From a virus, in IMG/VR virus record IMGVR_UViG_3300010399_000001, positions 1-64,000 of that record: a stretch of DNA of 64,000 nt. One strand, given 5' to 3'. Within the stretch, counting starts at the first letter, position 1. The number at the start of each line of letters is the position of its first letter. Below are positions 20,170 to 32,434 of this stretch, piece after piece. The notes under the pieces were generated by a model. That model had not been told where the DNA came from and made no database searches. It worked only from the letters and a program-made list of their open reading frames with translations. The translations under genes and the position numbers were made by a program.

Positions 20170-23100
20170 TCACTCCATTCGACTGTCTCGTACTCGTGAT
20201 TGCAGGCGGGTCTGCGCTTGCGAACCAGCCGCCCCTCATCTCGGGACTTGATCACGCATTCGTCGCACAGGTTGATCTCAAGATGCGTCCGATCCATCAG
20301 ATCGAACACCTCCGAGCCGTAGTTGCCGCTGGCGGAGAACATCACCCCGCAGTCCGGCTGCAATGGCGCATAGGCGGGATCGACCGGCTCTAGCGCCTTA
20401 CCGCACCTGATGCACGGCAATGGTGCACTCATGACGCCTCCGCATGCGTCTTGCAGAACCACTCGCCGCCACGGATCACCCAACCGCCGCCAAGGAGGGC
20501 CTTGGCTGCGTTCTCGTTGATGCTGCGGCTGTTATCGGACCACTTCTCGGCTGCCTGGCATGTCGGGCTCGGGCACCGCAGCAGGTGCTCGTAGAGGTTG
20601 CGGGACGCATGTCCCGGCGGGTCGTCTGGAAACCTATCCGGTGGAATATCTCTCGGCATCAGGTCCGGATATGCAGACCTACGCATACCACGCCTCACCT
20701 CGATCCATGGCTTGTACTCGCCATCCTTCAGGACGAAGACAGTCAGATCGCACGTAAAGATGCCATCGACTACCTTCTGGTATGAATTGACGCGCGGATC
20801 AAAGCGGATGCGCTGACCTACTGCGGACTTGACCAGGCCAAGAGTGCTGTGCGACTTGAACTCAGGCTTGCGGCCGGGAATCCTCGTCGCATAGGGCTTC
20901 GGCTTGAACTCTATAGGCTTAGTCACTTTTTCCCCTTGCTGAGCTTCTCCAGCTTTTCCATCGCGTAGGCGTAGCGCACCGAGCCTGGTGAGGATTGCGC
21001 CGCCATATGCTCGTAGTGGTATTCATCGCTCTCCCACATATGCGTCATGTCTCGCATGCGCAGGCCAGAACCGGGAAGGAATAGACGATCAATGCATCTC
21101 CTACAGTGGCATCCCGGAATCGTATTGGTGCGATCATCCAGATCTATCTCGCGCCACTGGCGCTTGCGGTCGCATGCCTCGCACTCGGGAACCGGATAGG
21201 AGTCGTGCTTACCGGCCTTATGGTCTCCGTCATAGATCTCTTCTGCCGTTGGCTCGTACGGGCAGGTGATCACGCATGACCAGTGGGCGTCGCGCTCCCC
21301 CCACTTCTGTATATAACGGTCAATGCCGGTCAGCTCTAGAAAGGCGTCCTTGTAGCGATACTCGGCCAAGTCACTGATGCCGCAGACGGGGCACTGGTCG
21401 ATCGACGGGGAACGGGTGTAGGGCTGCATCTTCGCCGCTATCGGCTTCGGCTTCACCGTCCCGATCGGCGCGTAGGACACCCCGTAGAGCATCCCGCCAA
21501 TGGCGCTTGGGATCAGAGCGAAAGGGAGGGTGCTCCAGTGAATCATTCCGACGTTGGCCAGGATGATGCAGACGACGAGAAGGATGCCGGAGTATGCGAT
21601 CTCATGCCTGCCCACCCTGCGCAGCGTCGAGCGCGTCGACTCTCTCATCATGTCCCCTCGGGTATCTCAAGCTATGAGCATTGTAGCATGTGCCCTCGCG
21701 CGAGGGCACGAGGGCACCGCTAGTTCAGAGGTCAAAGATCGCGCTGAGTATCGCTACGATCAGATCGCCGATCACCTCGAAGCAGCCATCGCCGTCAGGA
21801 AGCGAGATCGTCTTCTTCGATCTCTTCTTCGAGATCTTCGAGTTCCGCTTCCAGCCCATCCGGCTCTCCATTCAGCCCCAGCATGTCGATCAGCAGGTCG
21901 GCGTCGGGCTGAGTCATGCATCGCTCGATCATCGCCTCGCGCACCTGCGAGGTGACATTTACCGGTCCGCTATCCAGCCCCCTCTTGCGCGCGCTCATAC
22001 CTGCGGATCGATCAGTCCGGGCAGGTCTGCCAGCCCCTGCTCCAGCAGTTCGTAGGCCACCGCGATCCTTGCACTGCCGGGATCGTTCGGGTGCTTGTCG
22101 ATCCACCCCTTGAGCCAGGTCATCACCTGGCGGTGCCCCTCGCTGATCACCGATAGCTGGGACTTCAGGGCGTTCAGGTTGCCGTGTGCGTCTTCACTGA
22201 GTTCACGCGCATTGTCAGCGCGCTCCCGCCACTGCTCAGTGAATCCCAGGTTCTCGTCGTGCAGCTTGAGCAGGTCGGTGGTCGCCTGCTGCCAGAAGTC
22301 GCGCTGGGCGATCAGGTGCCCGACGAATCCCTGTTCGATGGCCTGACGGATCTCGGTGATCCGGTCCGGCTTCTCCTCTACGGTCTGCTCGATCACTACT
22401 CACCCTCCTGTGCTGTAGAACCGTGCGCCCACTCGCTGCGGGGCAGCAGGTTGCCGAAAGCGTCGTGCGTGTCATACCAACTCGCAAGCTCTGCGATCTG
22501 AGCTGCGTCCAGCCATGGGTCCTTGCTGTCACAGATGACCCGGTCGTTGCCGTAGACGGTATGAAGACAGATGGCAGCCACGATGATCGCCTGCTCGAAG
22601 CTGTCACCGCCGCAGTTCAGATCCGTGTCATGGAAGTGCGCGTCGCGCAGCGAGTGCTCATCGATCGGCTTGCTGGTCGGCCACTCCCACTTGCCCATCT
22701 CCACCCATACCTGAGTGTGGGTGTTGAGAGCGTCATCATCCTCGGCGTGACGGGTGATCGGGTCTACCTTCACCACCGCGATATCGACCGATCGGGTTAT
22801 GCCGTGATCGCGCATCAGCCTTCGGTGGTGGATGCGCTCCTGCGGCGTCTGGGAGCGATCGCCGTCGAACTGCCAGAAGGCGGGATGGCCGTCAAGAAAG
22901 TGCCACGCGTTGTAGAAGTCGAGCGGATTGCTCTCGAAGGCCCGAACTGTCTCCCTCCACTCCTTATCGTGGATGCCCTGAACGTCGGCGAACAGCTCAC
23001 CCCAGGTGCCATCTTCGCGACCCTCATCCTGGGCCCAGGACTCGCGGATGCGCTCGTCGTTGCAAGGAATAACGGGCAGGACGATCGGCTTCTCCTCAAG

Positions 23101-23530
23101 GCGCTTCTGGCTGCGGTCATACACCACGGCCTTGACGATCTGATATGCGGTATCTTCCGTCAGCGCGCGCCACCCCTCGATCTCCTCCCCGTGTTGCTCG
23201 GTGGGCAGGCGGCGAAGGCGTTCACGCAGGCTGTCCTGGTCGTGCTTGGTGAGCTTGTCGGCCCACTCGGGCATCTCAGTCACGGTAGGTCTCCGGGTTC
23301 AGTAGCGCGATCAGGACGATGAGAAGCAGTAGCGGTAGCCATAGCACCCATGAGAGGACGAGGACGATGAACGTCAGACCCCAGATGCGTGAGTGCGTCA
23401 GTGCGTCCAGTCGCGGCTTGCCCTCGCAGTACAGCGAGAGCAGCGGCATGCCGATGAAGAACCCAGCCAGCGCGTACGCGCACCCGGCCAGTATCTTCAG
23501 CATGGTCATCAGGTGAATGGTGATAGTCAC
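20166..23530 (-). other. Run of hypothetical genes (several Cys-rich or membrane)
   Basis: Coupled minus-strand ORFs such as 20429-20926, 20923-21651, 21995-22396, 22396-23283. Confidence 0.5.
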
Positions 23531-23976
23531 TCGCGCTCCCTCATTACATTCAGCGCGTGGGTGGCGGACGCGACGATCTGAGTCACGGTGAGACTCAGCA
23601 GATCCTCACCGCCAGCGGCGCACGCTTCAAATAGGGCGATGAACATCGAGTCATCGCCGTTACCCACCGCAGCCACCATCTGACCCGCTCTGGCTACGTG
23701 CGTAGGGACCTCATCAGAGTCCTTGATCTGCTCGGTTGCGAAGTGCAGGAACTTCGGCATCATCACCTGCCCCCGCGCCTTGCGCTCCTCCCAGTCGGGG
23801 ACCTGCTCCTCCAGGATCATTTCGCACATGGTGCCCACCATCGCCATGAGGGGCGCGCGGTGCTCACTGAGCTTCGCGACCAAATCGGCGATCTTCGCAT
23901 GATCACGGTCATACATGGCCGCCATGAGTTGCTTGAATAGCGCGCCATGCCTAAGCAGGTCATCGAACGAGGTCAC
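23527..23976 (-). CDS. Hypothetical protein, paralog family A
   Basis: Motif AGQMVAAVGNGD...ALF shared with 23973-24410 and 37457-37936. Confidence 0.6.
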   Translation of the reverse strand: MTSFDDLLRHGALFKQLMAAMYDRDHAKIADLVAKLSEHRAPLMAMVGTMCEMILEEQVPDWEERKARGQVMMPKFLHFATEQIKDSDEVPTHVARAGQMVAAVGNGDDSMFIALFEACAAGGEDLLSLTVTQIVASATHALNVMRERE

Positions 23977-24410
23977 TTCGCAGCCTCCTGAATCGTTTTC
24001 ATCGCACGCGTCACCAGCTCGGCCATGAAGTCGGTGAACATGTCCGAACCGAGCTTGACTGCTGAGTTGAATATGGCGATCTCCATCGCCATATCGTTGT
24101 TGGCCACCGCCGTTATCATCTGACCAGCCAAGGCGATGCATGGTGGCAGCTCTGACACTTCCAGCGGGTCACCGCGCTTGGAGAACAGCGGGCTGAAGAA
24201 CGCCCCTTCGGGAGCGTTCTGAAACGCCTCGCCGACCTTCGCCATACCGATGATGCCTGCGAGGGCCGTCGCTGTCGCAAACCCGGCCTCGTAGCCTCTA
24301 CCGAGCTGCAAGCTGAGCGCGTTGCTCACCGCATGCATATCGCCAGACCTCATAGCCCCATATAGGTCATCGAAGCCTTCTAGTGCACCCGCAAGGCCAT
24401 CGTCACTCAC
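23973..24410 (-). CDS. Hypothetical protein, paralog family A
   Basis: AGQMITAVANND...AIF. Confidence 0.6.
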   Translation of the reverse strand: MSDDGLAGALEGFDDLYGAMRSGDMHAVSNALSLQLGRGYEAGFATATALAGIIGMAKVGEAFQNAPEGAFFSPLFSKRGDPLEVSELPPCIALAGQMITAVANNDMAMEIAIFNSAVKLGSDMFTDFMAELVTRAMKTIQEAAK

Positions 24411-25005
24411 CGAATCCCTCCCTCTCTGACAGATCTGCCGATCCGTCCTTGCCCACGCCAAGCGACTTGGGTCGCTTTGGCTCCTGCTTATAGCCGGGGC
24501 ATCGCATATGACCCTTGCCCGGTACCTGATGAGAGCGCATCGTGCCGTCCAAGCGCAGGGCGCGGCTATGGCCGCAGCCTGGGCATATCGCGCGCCTGCC
24601 GATGCCGGGCAGCTTGCCGTCCTTGAGCATCGCCAGCGCCGCCAGAGCCTTCCCGGCCCGCAGGTAGCAGTAATCGCATGGAACCGGGTCGCTGACGTTC
24701 TGGTGCATGTGCAGCGACTCGTTCGCATGCAGGTACTGCGCGATGATCTCGACTTCGACTTCCTTGCCGCCAGCCAGCCCGTAGGCGTGCTGACGGGTAT
24801 CCTCTCGCGACACTTCGCCCTCCGGGTTCGGATATTCGACCCGCCATGTCGGATGGGCTACGCCTATCGAGCGGTCATCGTCGAAACGGATTCGCAGGTA
24901 TGCGTATCTCGCTCCGACGATGACCCCAGCGCGCCCATCCACCGCTACACGCATGCCGCGCTTGGCGGGCACCGCGTAAGAACGGCGGATGTACGCCATG
25001 TTCAC
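24403..25005 (-). CDS. Hypothetical phage protein (SH3-like N-terminus, Zn ribbon)
   Basis: YIRRSYAVPAKRGMRV...HPTWRVEY; CPGC...CPG. Confidence 0.55.
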   Translation of the reverse strand: MNMAYIRRSYAVPAKRGMRVAVDGRAGVIVGARYAYLRIRFDDDRSIGVAHPTWRVEYPNPEGEVSREDTRQHAYGLAGGKEVEVEIIAQYLHANESLHMHQNVSDPVPCDYCYLRAGKALAALAMLKDGKLPGIGRRAICPGCGHSRALRLDGTMRSHQVPGKGHMRCPGYKQEPKRPKSLGVGKDGSADLSEREGFGE

Positions 25006-26416
25006 TCCGATGTACCGCCCTCAGCGAGGACCTCTTCGAGAATTGCGTTGATCTTCTCGTCAGACACGCCGTTCTCGAATGCCTCCAGTGCGATGACCAG
25101 CTTCATGTGATCCGAGAGTGGTACCTCTCTGGCGGTCAGATCGGCCATCAGGGCTGCCATGGCACCCCAGATGGACCTGAAATGCGTGTAGAAGACCGCA
25201 GCAGACGGCAACCTGCCAGCGGTCTGTGGGTCCTTGCTGAACTGCTCGCGCACTCTGCGCATGATCTCCGTGGGGCCGATCTCGCGCCATGGCAGATCAC
25301 CCTCGTCGATCAGCCTGTGCAGTTCGTCCAGGATGGCCTGACGCACCCGCTTGCCGCGCTCGCCCAGGGCCTTGCCGTTGCGGTCGGTGATCTGCTTCTC
25401 GCTCATGCCGGTGCCAGTTCGCTAGGGGAAGGATCGGGGACTTTCTCGGTCTCGCTACCGCCACGACCGTGACCGCAGTGCTCGCACCACGGCTGAAGCT
25501 TGCTATGGGTAGCGAAGATGCGACCGAACCAGTAGGGCTGTGGGGCCATGGTGATCGTGATCAGCACGTTGTCCCAAAACCGGCTAAGGCCCGCACGCTC
25601 ACCGAAAAAGCTGGCCAGGAAGTACGCGATGATGGCGGCGTAGAGCAGCTTGACGCGAAAGTGCGCCGAGTACAGCTGCTTCTTGCGTCTCGAAGCCATC
25701 GCCGGACCATCCAGCGGGAACTTGCCGATGCACCTCTCGCACAGGAAGTGCGAGTGATACAGCCCGCCCAGCATCAGCACCATCCAGACCGTCGAGCCGA
25801 TGAAGGTGGCGACATCCTGCCAGGCGCTGTGGGACTTGGGCAGCCAGTTCGACGCGATGATGACGATCAGTGCGATCGGCATACCCTCGTGCGCATAGTG
25901 CGCCAGGCGCGGGTAGCGGTTCCACACGCCCGGCCTCGGGTTGGGGCGCGACATCCGCCGTCCGATGTCCGCGATCTTCTCGCGAAGACGCCCGAATGCG
26001 GCCCTCACGCGAACACCAGCTCCCAACCGTTCTTCGAGCACACCTTCATCGTCTCGGTGATCTGCTCGCCGAAGCCGATGATCCGATCGGTCACACCCTC
26101 CGGAGCGTCGCGCCTCCAGCCCTCGACGATGCGCTCCATCGTCGGGTAGACCGCGAAGCATTCCAGGGGTCCGATCGAGCCGTCGTCGTCCTCGTGGTTC
26201 AGGAACGGCTTCAGTGGGCTTTCCACCTCATCCCACGGGCGTTCGCCGTCACCGAACCCCTCCATCTGCATAAGGTCGAAACCCTCGGTCTCGGCTAGAG
26301 CCCGTCGCAGGACGGCCAGCTCCGCATAGCCGAGCCTGATCGTCGCTCCCTTGGCCTCCCAGAAGCCGGATTCGGTCTTCTCGCCGGGGTAGATCATCAT
26401 CTTCGGTTCACTCCCT

Positions 26417-26740
26417 TCATCTCATAACGGGTGCGGCTCGTCGCACCGGCTTGAACTTGCGCGCCAGCTTGCGCAGCTTGCGCTTGGTGCCGTTACCGCC
26501 ACCCTTGTTCCACCAGGCCCAGATGAAGATGGCATCGATCGCCGCTATGACCGATGTGAAGAACGTCGGCAGATGAAGTAGCACGTATCCGACTATCTCG
26601 ATAGCGCCGCCTATCGCGCCGACGCCAAAAGCCTGATGGATCGGCGCACCGCCTATGATGATGGTCATGATCGCGTATATGATCATGGCGAACGCGACCA
26701 CTAGCAGGCCAAGGCCCAGCGCCTCAGCCGGACTGGGCAT
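26417..26740 (-). CDS. Membrane protein, paralog family B
   Basis: Three hydrophobic segments followed by WWNKGGGNGTKRKLRKLARKFKPVRRAAP. Confidence 0.65.
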   Translation of the reverse strand: MPSPAEALGLGLLVVAFAMIIYAIMTIIIGGAPIHQAFGVGAIGGAIEIVGYVLLHLPTFFTSVIAAIDAIFIWAWWNKGGGNGTKRKLRKLARKFKPVRRAAPVMR

Positions 26741-27766
26741 CGTACTTTTTCCTGGCGTGGTCATGCCACTTCTCGTCGGTCCAGGTCTCATCGATGTCCA
26801 GCATGTAGATCTCGGCGCGGGACACCTCGAATCGACTGGCGAGGTAGTCGATCACCATATCGGTGGCCATGATGCCAGCCCAGCCCTGGAACCTCTTGCG
26901 CTCGATCTGAGTGAAGCCGACGTTGTGGATCTCGACGGAGCGCACGCGGGAGAACCTGCCATCGGGTCCCCAGACAGTGACCTGGAGCGGCCTGCCAGAT
27001 TCCCTGACTGCGGCCAGCAGCTCCTCAAGCGTCTCGTAACGGTTTTCCATCAGCTCTGATGCCTCCTGCGCTTGCGGTGGCCGATGTGATACTTGCCGCA
27101 CCATCGGCATCTATAGACCTCCAGGGACCTGCGGCGAGCCCCCTTGTTGCGCATGAGCGAGAACAGGTGATCCTGGGCGGCCCTCCGGGTCTCATGGGCC
27201 TGCTTCGGATGATCCTGCGACCCGTGCTCGCGCTGCCTGGTCATGGGTTGATGCTCAGGCAGAGCGGCTTATGGAAGGACATGCACAGCGGACACAGGTC
27301 GCACTCCTTGCGCATCTCCTCGACGCACTCATCGCACGGACCGTCAAACCAGGTGCGCATGTTCCTGCCCGGGAAGATGACGACCGTCCCGAGCAGCCTC
27401 GGTAGCACGAAGATCAGGCTGCGATTGCAGTGCTCGTCAGCGCTGGCATCCCAGCGCGAATTCCACGGCTCCGTCGTCTTCCAGGGAGCCCAGTACTGGA
27501 AGCGCTTGCCGTAGTAGCATCCACCGCGCCATCCGGACTCGTCCCAGATATCGCATGGGTCATATCCGATGTCCGCGATGAACCGGTCCCACGCCTCGTT
27601 GAAGTGCTCCTGCGTGTAGGTCGGCATGTACCCGCAGCGGGTCATGTTGCGCACGCTGGCGCGGAAAGCCAGCGTCTTATAGGCGCACAGAGTCGCTTCC
27701 GGCAGGGTCTGGGAGCTGATCTCACGCGCCTGCGGCGAGCCGAACGAGGAACGCTCTAGGAGGCGA

Positions 27767-28264
27767 TCAAAGAACGCCATCGAGGCCACCTTCCACTTCG
27801 GTCGCCTCGCCGCTTTCCGGATCGATCTGAACGATCGTGGTGTTCTCGGCGATGCGCGCATACACAGCCTTCAAATCCGCCTGAGACATGCCCTCCAGCG
27901 CATCGATCGCGTCGCGCCACTTCTTCGACATGTCGACCGGCTCCTGCATCAACTCGGCGAGCATGTCGCGCGCCCACTCCGGAGCGCGGAAGTAGAAGGT
28001 CGCATACGTTCTGTCGAACTCGTCGTCCGCATCTCGCAGGTAATGCGGGTTGGACTGCATGCTCTCGATGGCCTCGGCCTGATCTTCGCGATTCGGCCCG
28101 CCGTTGCGGGTGTAGATCGCGATGACCGGCTCGCCGTCGTGGTTCTCCACCCAGATGTCGCGGAATCTACCGACGAAAGCCGGTTGCTCGAACACCGGCA
28201 GAATCTTGGCCGCGCGCAACATCTCGTTGCCGTCACCGAGGACCGCGTTATAGAAACCACCCAT
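27767..28264 (-). CDS. Hypothetical phage protein
   Basis: RFRD...IYTRNGG...DDEFDRTYATFYF; GGAGG RBS. Confidence 0.6.
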   Translation of the reverse strand: MGGFYNAVLGDGNEMLRAAKILPVFEQPAFVGRFRDIWVENHDGEPVIAIYTRNGGPNREDQAEAIESMQSNPHYLRDADDEFDRTYATFYFRAPEWARDMLAELMQEPVDMSKKWRDAIDALEGMSQADLKAVYARIAENTTIVQIDPESGEATEVEGGLDGVL

Positions 28265-28409
28265 GAGTCACCTCCAGTCATGCTCGCAGACATAGGGGTG
28301 GTGCGTGCCTGCGGGAGACCCCGAGAGGATTACTCTCCCGATCCCGCAGGCTTTAGGCGATGCCGTGTCGTCGACCATCGCCAGGGCCGCGCACCCGGCC
28401 CGAACTAGG

Positions 28410-29117
28410 TCACTTGCCGATCAGGGCAAGCAGCGAGCGCGCGATGATCAGCGGGTTGGTCACCGAGTCGAAGGTGAGCAGCCGCACGTGGCTGTTGTTC
28501 TTCGCGATGTCGGTGTACTGCTTGACGGTGCGCTCGTACGCCTTGCCGTGGCCGATGACGGCGACCACGATGTACGTGCGCTTGCCCTGCTTGGCCAGCA
28601 GCTCGGCGAAGAGGTCGCCGTCCTCCGCCGCGCCGTCCGTGATGATCAGACCCGCCAGGTGCGGCTGGTCCTGGATCGGCCGGTCGCCGAACTCGTCGTC
28701 GTAGTGCCCGGCGATGGCGTTCCAGCCGCCGACGATGACGGTGCCGCCGCCAGCCCTGGATCGGATCTCGGCGCGCTTGCTGGCGACGTTCTTCGAGTTC
28801 AGGTCCTTGAAGTCGAAGATCTGGTCGGAGAAGCCGATGGTGTAGATGCCACCCTCATCCTCCTCCTCCGGGTTCTCCTCGTGCTCGGAGTCCTCACCCT
28901 CCAGCGCCTCGACGATCGTCGGCAGCGCTTCGAGAACCACGTCGATCTTGCGCGGGGAGTTGTCGTCGGCCGACGCGCCCTCCATGACCATCGAGCCGGA
29001 CAGGTCGAGCAGGAGCATCGGCTCGACCTTGCCCTGCGTCAGGGGCGTCACGTCGTTGAGCGCCGCGATCTCCTCGCGGGTGGGCTCGTGGTAGTCCTGG
29101 ATATCGGTGTCGATCAT
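28410..29117 (-). CDS. von Willebrand factor A (vWA) domain protein
   Basis: MIDAS motif LLDLSGSM; GGT; IITDG. Confidence 0.85.
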   Translation of the reverse strand: MIDTDIQDYHEPTREEIAALNDVTPLTQGKVEPMLLLDLSGSMVMEGASADDNSPRKIDVVLEALPTIVEALEGEDSEHEENPEEEDEGGIYTIGFSDQIFDFKDLNSKNVASKRAEIRSRAGGGTVIVGGWNAIAGHYDDEFGDRPIQDQPHLAGLIITDGAAEDGDLFAELLAKQGKRTYIVVAVIGHGKAYERTVKQYTDIAKNNSHVRLLTFDSVTNPLIIARSLLALIGK

Positions 29118-29244
29118 GTCGACCCTCTCGTCATCAGGGAGGGGGCTGCAATGCCCCCTTGCGCGCTCATGCGCGCTTGTGAGCATTGTAGCACATGCTT
29201 AGGGAACCTCGCGAGGGCAGCGCCTGCGCCGATTTCGAGACCCC

Positions 29245-30258
29245 CTACTTGAGGATCAGCAGTTTCGTACCGGCGATCAGCTTGCGGTTGGGCGCGGTGG
29301 ACTGGACGAACGTGATGTACTTCTTGTTCGGGTCCGGCTTCGCCCTCACCTGCACATCCGGCAGGCCGATCAGGTCGCGGGCCTGCTTGCCGTTGTAGAC
29401 CTTGCCGGTGGTCACCTCCAGGAGCGCCACATCCTTCTGCGGCTGGATGGTCTCGGTCTTCATCAGCTGGTAGTAGTACTTGCCCAGCCTGAACTTCAGG
29501 CCGAGGTCCTCTACCGTCTCCTTGATCGGACCATCCTTGATGATCGGCACCAGGTCATACTTGGAGGGAGGAACCGGCTTGAGGCCAGCGGCCTTCACGG
29601 TGGTGGCGTTCACCTTGTCCTCGCCGGTCGCGAACAGGTTCTGACTGCTGCGCACACCGGCCGCGCGGTTGGTCATGTACGTCTTGGTGGCCGCGCGGAT
29701 CGCCTGACCGGCATCCTCGACGCCGCGATCGGAGTTCGGACTCCACACCGCGACGTTCTGTGCCGGGAAGCCGAAGCTCTTGGCGGTGAACACCCCGGAG
29801 GCGTCCGGCACCAGAGCGCCGATGGTCCAGTTGTCCGGCAGCTTGCCGAGGCGCAGGGACAGCGCGGGCGGCCCATACTTGCGGCTCATGTTCTCCCGGC
29901 CATCGGTCAGGATGTAGGCCAGGAAGGCGTGGTCGCCGTAGCGCTGCGGGAACTCGCTCATGTCGTCGAGCGCCTGCATCGTGGCGTCGATCAGCGCGGT
30001 GTTGCCGCACGGCGAGTACACCGTGGCGATCGACGGCAGGCGCAGCACGTCCTTGTCGTAGATCACGCAGCGCACGTCGTCGGCGAAGGTGTAGACCGTG
30101 ACCCGGGTCTCCTGATTCAGGGTCTTGGACAGCTCCGCGAGGTCCGCGATCAGCGCGTCCGCGACCTTGATCACGGTATCGGTACGGATGTACATCGACG
30201 ACGATGCGTCGAGGATCAGGCCGATGTGGTTGATGTAGTTCTGGGTGCGATCGCCCAT
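29245..30258 (-). CDS. vWA domain protein with C-terminal extension
   Basis: ILDASSSM; GNTALIDA; ILTDGREN. Confidence 0.85.
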   Translation of the reverse strand: MGDRTQNYINHIGLILDASSSMYIRTDTVIKVADALIADLAELSKTLNQETRVTVYTFADDVRCVIYDKDVLRLPSIATVYSPCGNTALIDATMQALDDMSEFPQRYGDHAFLAYILTDGRENMSRKYGPPALSLRLGKLPDNWTIGALVPDASGVFTAKSFGFPAQNVAVWSPNSDRGVEDAGQAIRAATKTYMTNRAAGVRSSQNLFATGEDKVNATTVKAAGLKPVPPSKYDLVPIIKDGPIKETVEDLGLKFRLGKYYYQLMKTETIQPQKDVALLEVTTGKVYNGKQARDLIGLPDVQVRAKPDPNKKYITFVQSTAPNRKLIAGTKLLILK

Positions 30259-30327
30259 TTCTCACTCCCTTGCCAGTATTCGACGGACACCGCCCGCCCC
30301 GGTGAAGGCCGGGGCGGGCGGGTACTG

Positions 30328-31833
30328 CTAGACCGCCTCGGGGACGATCAGGTCGAACATCTTGTCGCCGTAGTTGTCGTGCACCTCGACGTTGCCGATG
30401 CGCTCGTCCAGCAGCTTGGCCAGAGCCGTCTCGATCTCCGGCTCGGGGATGCCCTCGGAGGCCTTGCGCAGCAGTTCGAGCTGCGGGTGCAGGGACTGCG
30501 CGGCGCTCACCAGGTCCTTGGTGGTCAGCACGTAGTCCGGCTTACCCTCGGCCCGAGTCAGGGCGAAGGTCTTGGCGCGATCCGCCGTCGCGCGGACGAA
30601 GGCGGGCTCGAACTTCTCCATGTTCTTGTAGACCTCATCGAAGTCCACGGTCGGGTCGAGCTTGCCGGGAGCGACCACGGCGCGCACAAGGCGCTCGGTG
30701 CCGTTGCGATCCAGCGCGGCGATCTCCACCACGAAGTCCAGCCGACCGGGCCGCATCATGCCCGCATGGATCTGATCCACGTGGTTGGTCGTCATGACCA
30801 GCATGACCTCGGTGCCCTTGGCGGTGATGCCGTCGAAGGACTCCAGCAGTTCGGAGACCTCCTGCGGCTTGCTGGTCGAGGACTGGGTGTCGATGTCCTC
30901 GACGAACACGACGGCGGGCTGGTAGAGCTTCGCCGTGCGCAGCACGTCCTTGACCTTGTCGCGGCCGGTGCGCGCCATCAGGAACGTCCAGCCGTTGGAC
31001 TCGGCCACCTGCGCCGTCATGTTGCCGATCGACGACTTGCCGGTGCCGTAGGGGCCGTAGAGCAGGAGCGAGCGCTTCAGCGGGATGCCGTCCTGGCGGA
31101 ACTCGGGCGAGAACTTGAGCGCACCGAACAGACCGGCGTTGAGCGTGGCGGTCACCTCGTCCGAGAAGACGATCTTGTTCGCGTCGAAGGTGGAGGTGTC
31201 CAGAAACTCCAGCTCGTCCGCGCCGACCAGAGCCTTACCCCGGTAGATCGAGTTGTCCTTGAGGTACAGGTCGATCTCGTCGAACAGACCCTCGATCTCC
31301 GTCTTGTGCTTCTTCGGGCTGGAGACCACCACCGCGAAGACCGGGCCGTAGTCCGGGTCCATCGTGCTGGTCAGGGTGATGTCCGCACCCTCCAGGATGG
31401 GGATGCCGATCTTCTCCCACGGCACCTGCTTGGTCTTGTTGTGCGCGACCTGGATGGTGCGGATGACCGGCGGGCGGGTGCCGAACATCATCTGAGTGCT
31501 CTTGCCGATGGTCAGCCCGTAGCGGCTCTTGAGCACCTCGGCGGCGGCGTTCGCGCCGTCGTCCGGACGGAACCGGAAGATCCGCTGGAAGCTGATGACG
31601 GTGTTCTCCTCCTTCCGCTTCGCCTCCAGGATCTCGATGGCGCGGGTGTAGGTGGTGCCCTCCGGGAAGGTCATCCAGGGGAACTGGTGGAACTTGACCT
31701 CTTCGCCGGTGATCACGTCACCCTTCAGGCCGAGGTTCTGCGAAGCCAGGGCCAGCATCAGCATCTCGTTGGAGATGCCACCGTTCTTGTCCAACTCAAC
31801 CCCTAGGTTAATTTTGTTAGTATTTATGTGCAT
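30328..31833 (-). CDS. AAA+ ATPase
   Basis: Walker A GPYGTGKS, Walker B VFVEDID, TTN, arginine finger RPGRLD. Confidence 0.92.
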   Translation of the reverse strand: MHINTNKINLGVELDKNGGISNEMLMLALASQNLGLKGDVITGEEVKFHQFPWMTFPEGTTYTRAIEILEAKRKEENTVISFQRIFRFRPDDGANAAAEVLKSRYGLTIGKSTQMMFGTRPPVIRTIQVAHNKTKQVPWEKIGIPILEGADITLTSTMDPDYGPVFAVVVSSPKKHKTEIEGLFDEIDLYLKDNSIYRGKALVGADELEFLDTSTFDANKIVFSDEVTATLNAGLFGALKFSPEFRQDGIPLKRSLLLYGPYGTGKSSIGNMTAQVAESNGWTFLMARTGRDKVKDVLRTAKLYQPAVVFVEDIDTQSSTSKPQEVSELLESFDGITAKGTEVMLVMTTNHVDQIHAGMMRPGRLDFVVEIAALDRNGTERLVRAVVAPGKLDPTVDFDEVYKNMEKFEPAFVRATADRAKTFALTRAEGKPDYVLTTKDLVSAAQSLHPQLELLRKASEGIPEPEIETALAKLLDERIGNVEVHDNYGDKMFDLIVPEAV

Positions 31834-31987
31834 GGCCCCCCACCTATCCGGATAAGTGAGGGCTTTGACGGAAGATCTAGTCCCCCGACCCATGGCCGCA
31901 TGCCCAGCCATGTCAATGCCTTGCTTTCAGCGCTTTGATGTCCTGCGCTTGATGTTGAGTAGCGTAGCACAATCCTTTGAGCGAGCG

Positions 31988-32434
31988 CTACTCCGCTGCG
32001 CTGAGAAAATTGCCGAGGGCGAACAGTTCTTCGACCAGTGATGAGGTCATCTCGGGTCCCAGCGCATCGCGGATCGACTTATCCAGAACGCGCATCCGCC
32101 CTTCCGCCTGGCGCAGGGCCGCGAGTCCATCGGTCGTGATTTCGACCGAGAGACGGTTGCCAGATCCAGGCGTCCAGGAGCGACTTACAAATCCTGCGCG
32201 CTCTAGTCGGTACATCACCGGCAAGATGCTCTGTGCTGTGACCCTCAGAGTGCGCGCTATCTCCGCTGCGGTGATGTCGCCGACGTGATCGATCAGTTGC
32301 ATAACCTCGAACTGGGCCTGAGTCAGCCCGCAGTCCGTCAGGACCTCATCGCAGCGCACACGCAGAGCGCGAGATGCCTGCATCAGGACGCGCGGCAATC
32401 TACCGCGCGCCGGATCGTATTCGTGCTTGGTCAT
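31988..32434 (-). CDS. MarR-family regulator
   Basis: GLTQAQFEVM...TAAEIARTLRVTAQSI...RLERAGFVSR. Confidence 0.85.
   Translation of the reverse strand: MTKHEYDPARGRLPRVLMQASRALRVRCDEVLTDCGLTQAQFEVMQLIDHVGDITAAEIARTLRVTAQSILPVMYRLERAGFVSRSWTPGSGNRLSVEITTDGLAALRQAEGRMRVLDKSIRDALGPEMTSSLVEELFALGNFLSAAE

Noticed and set aside
29929-31806. 625-aa plus-strand ORF
   Set aside because: Antisense shadow of the AAA+ and vWA genes
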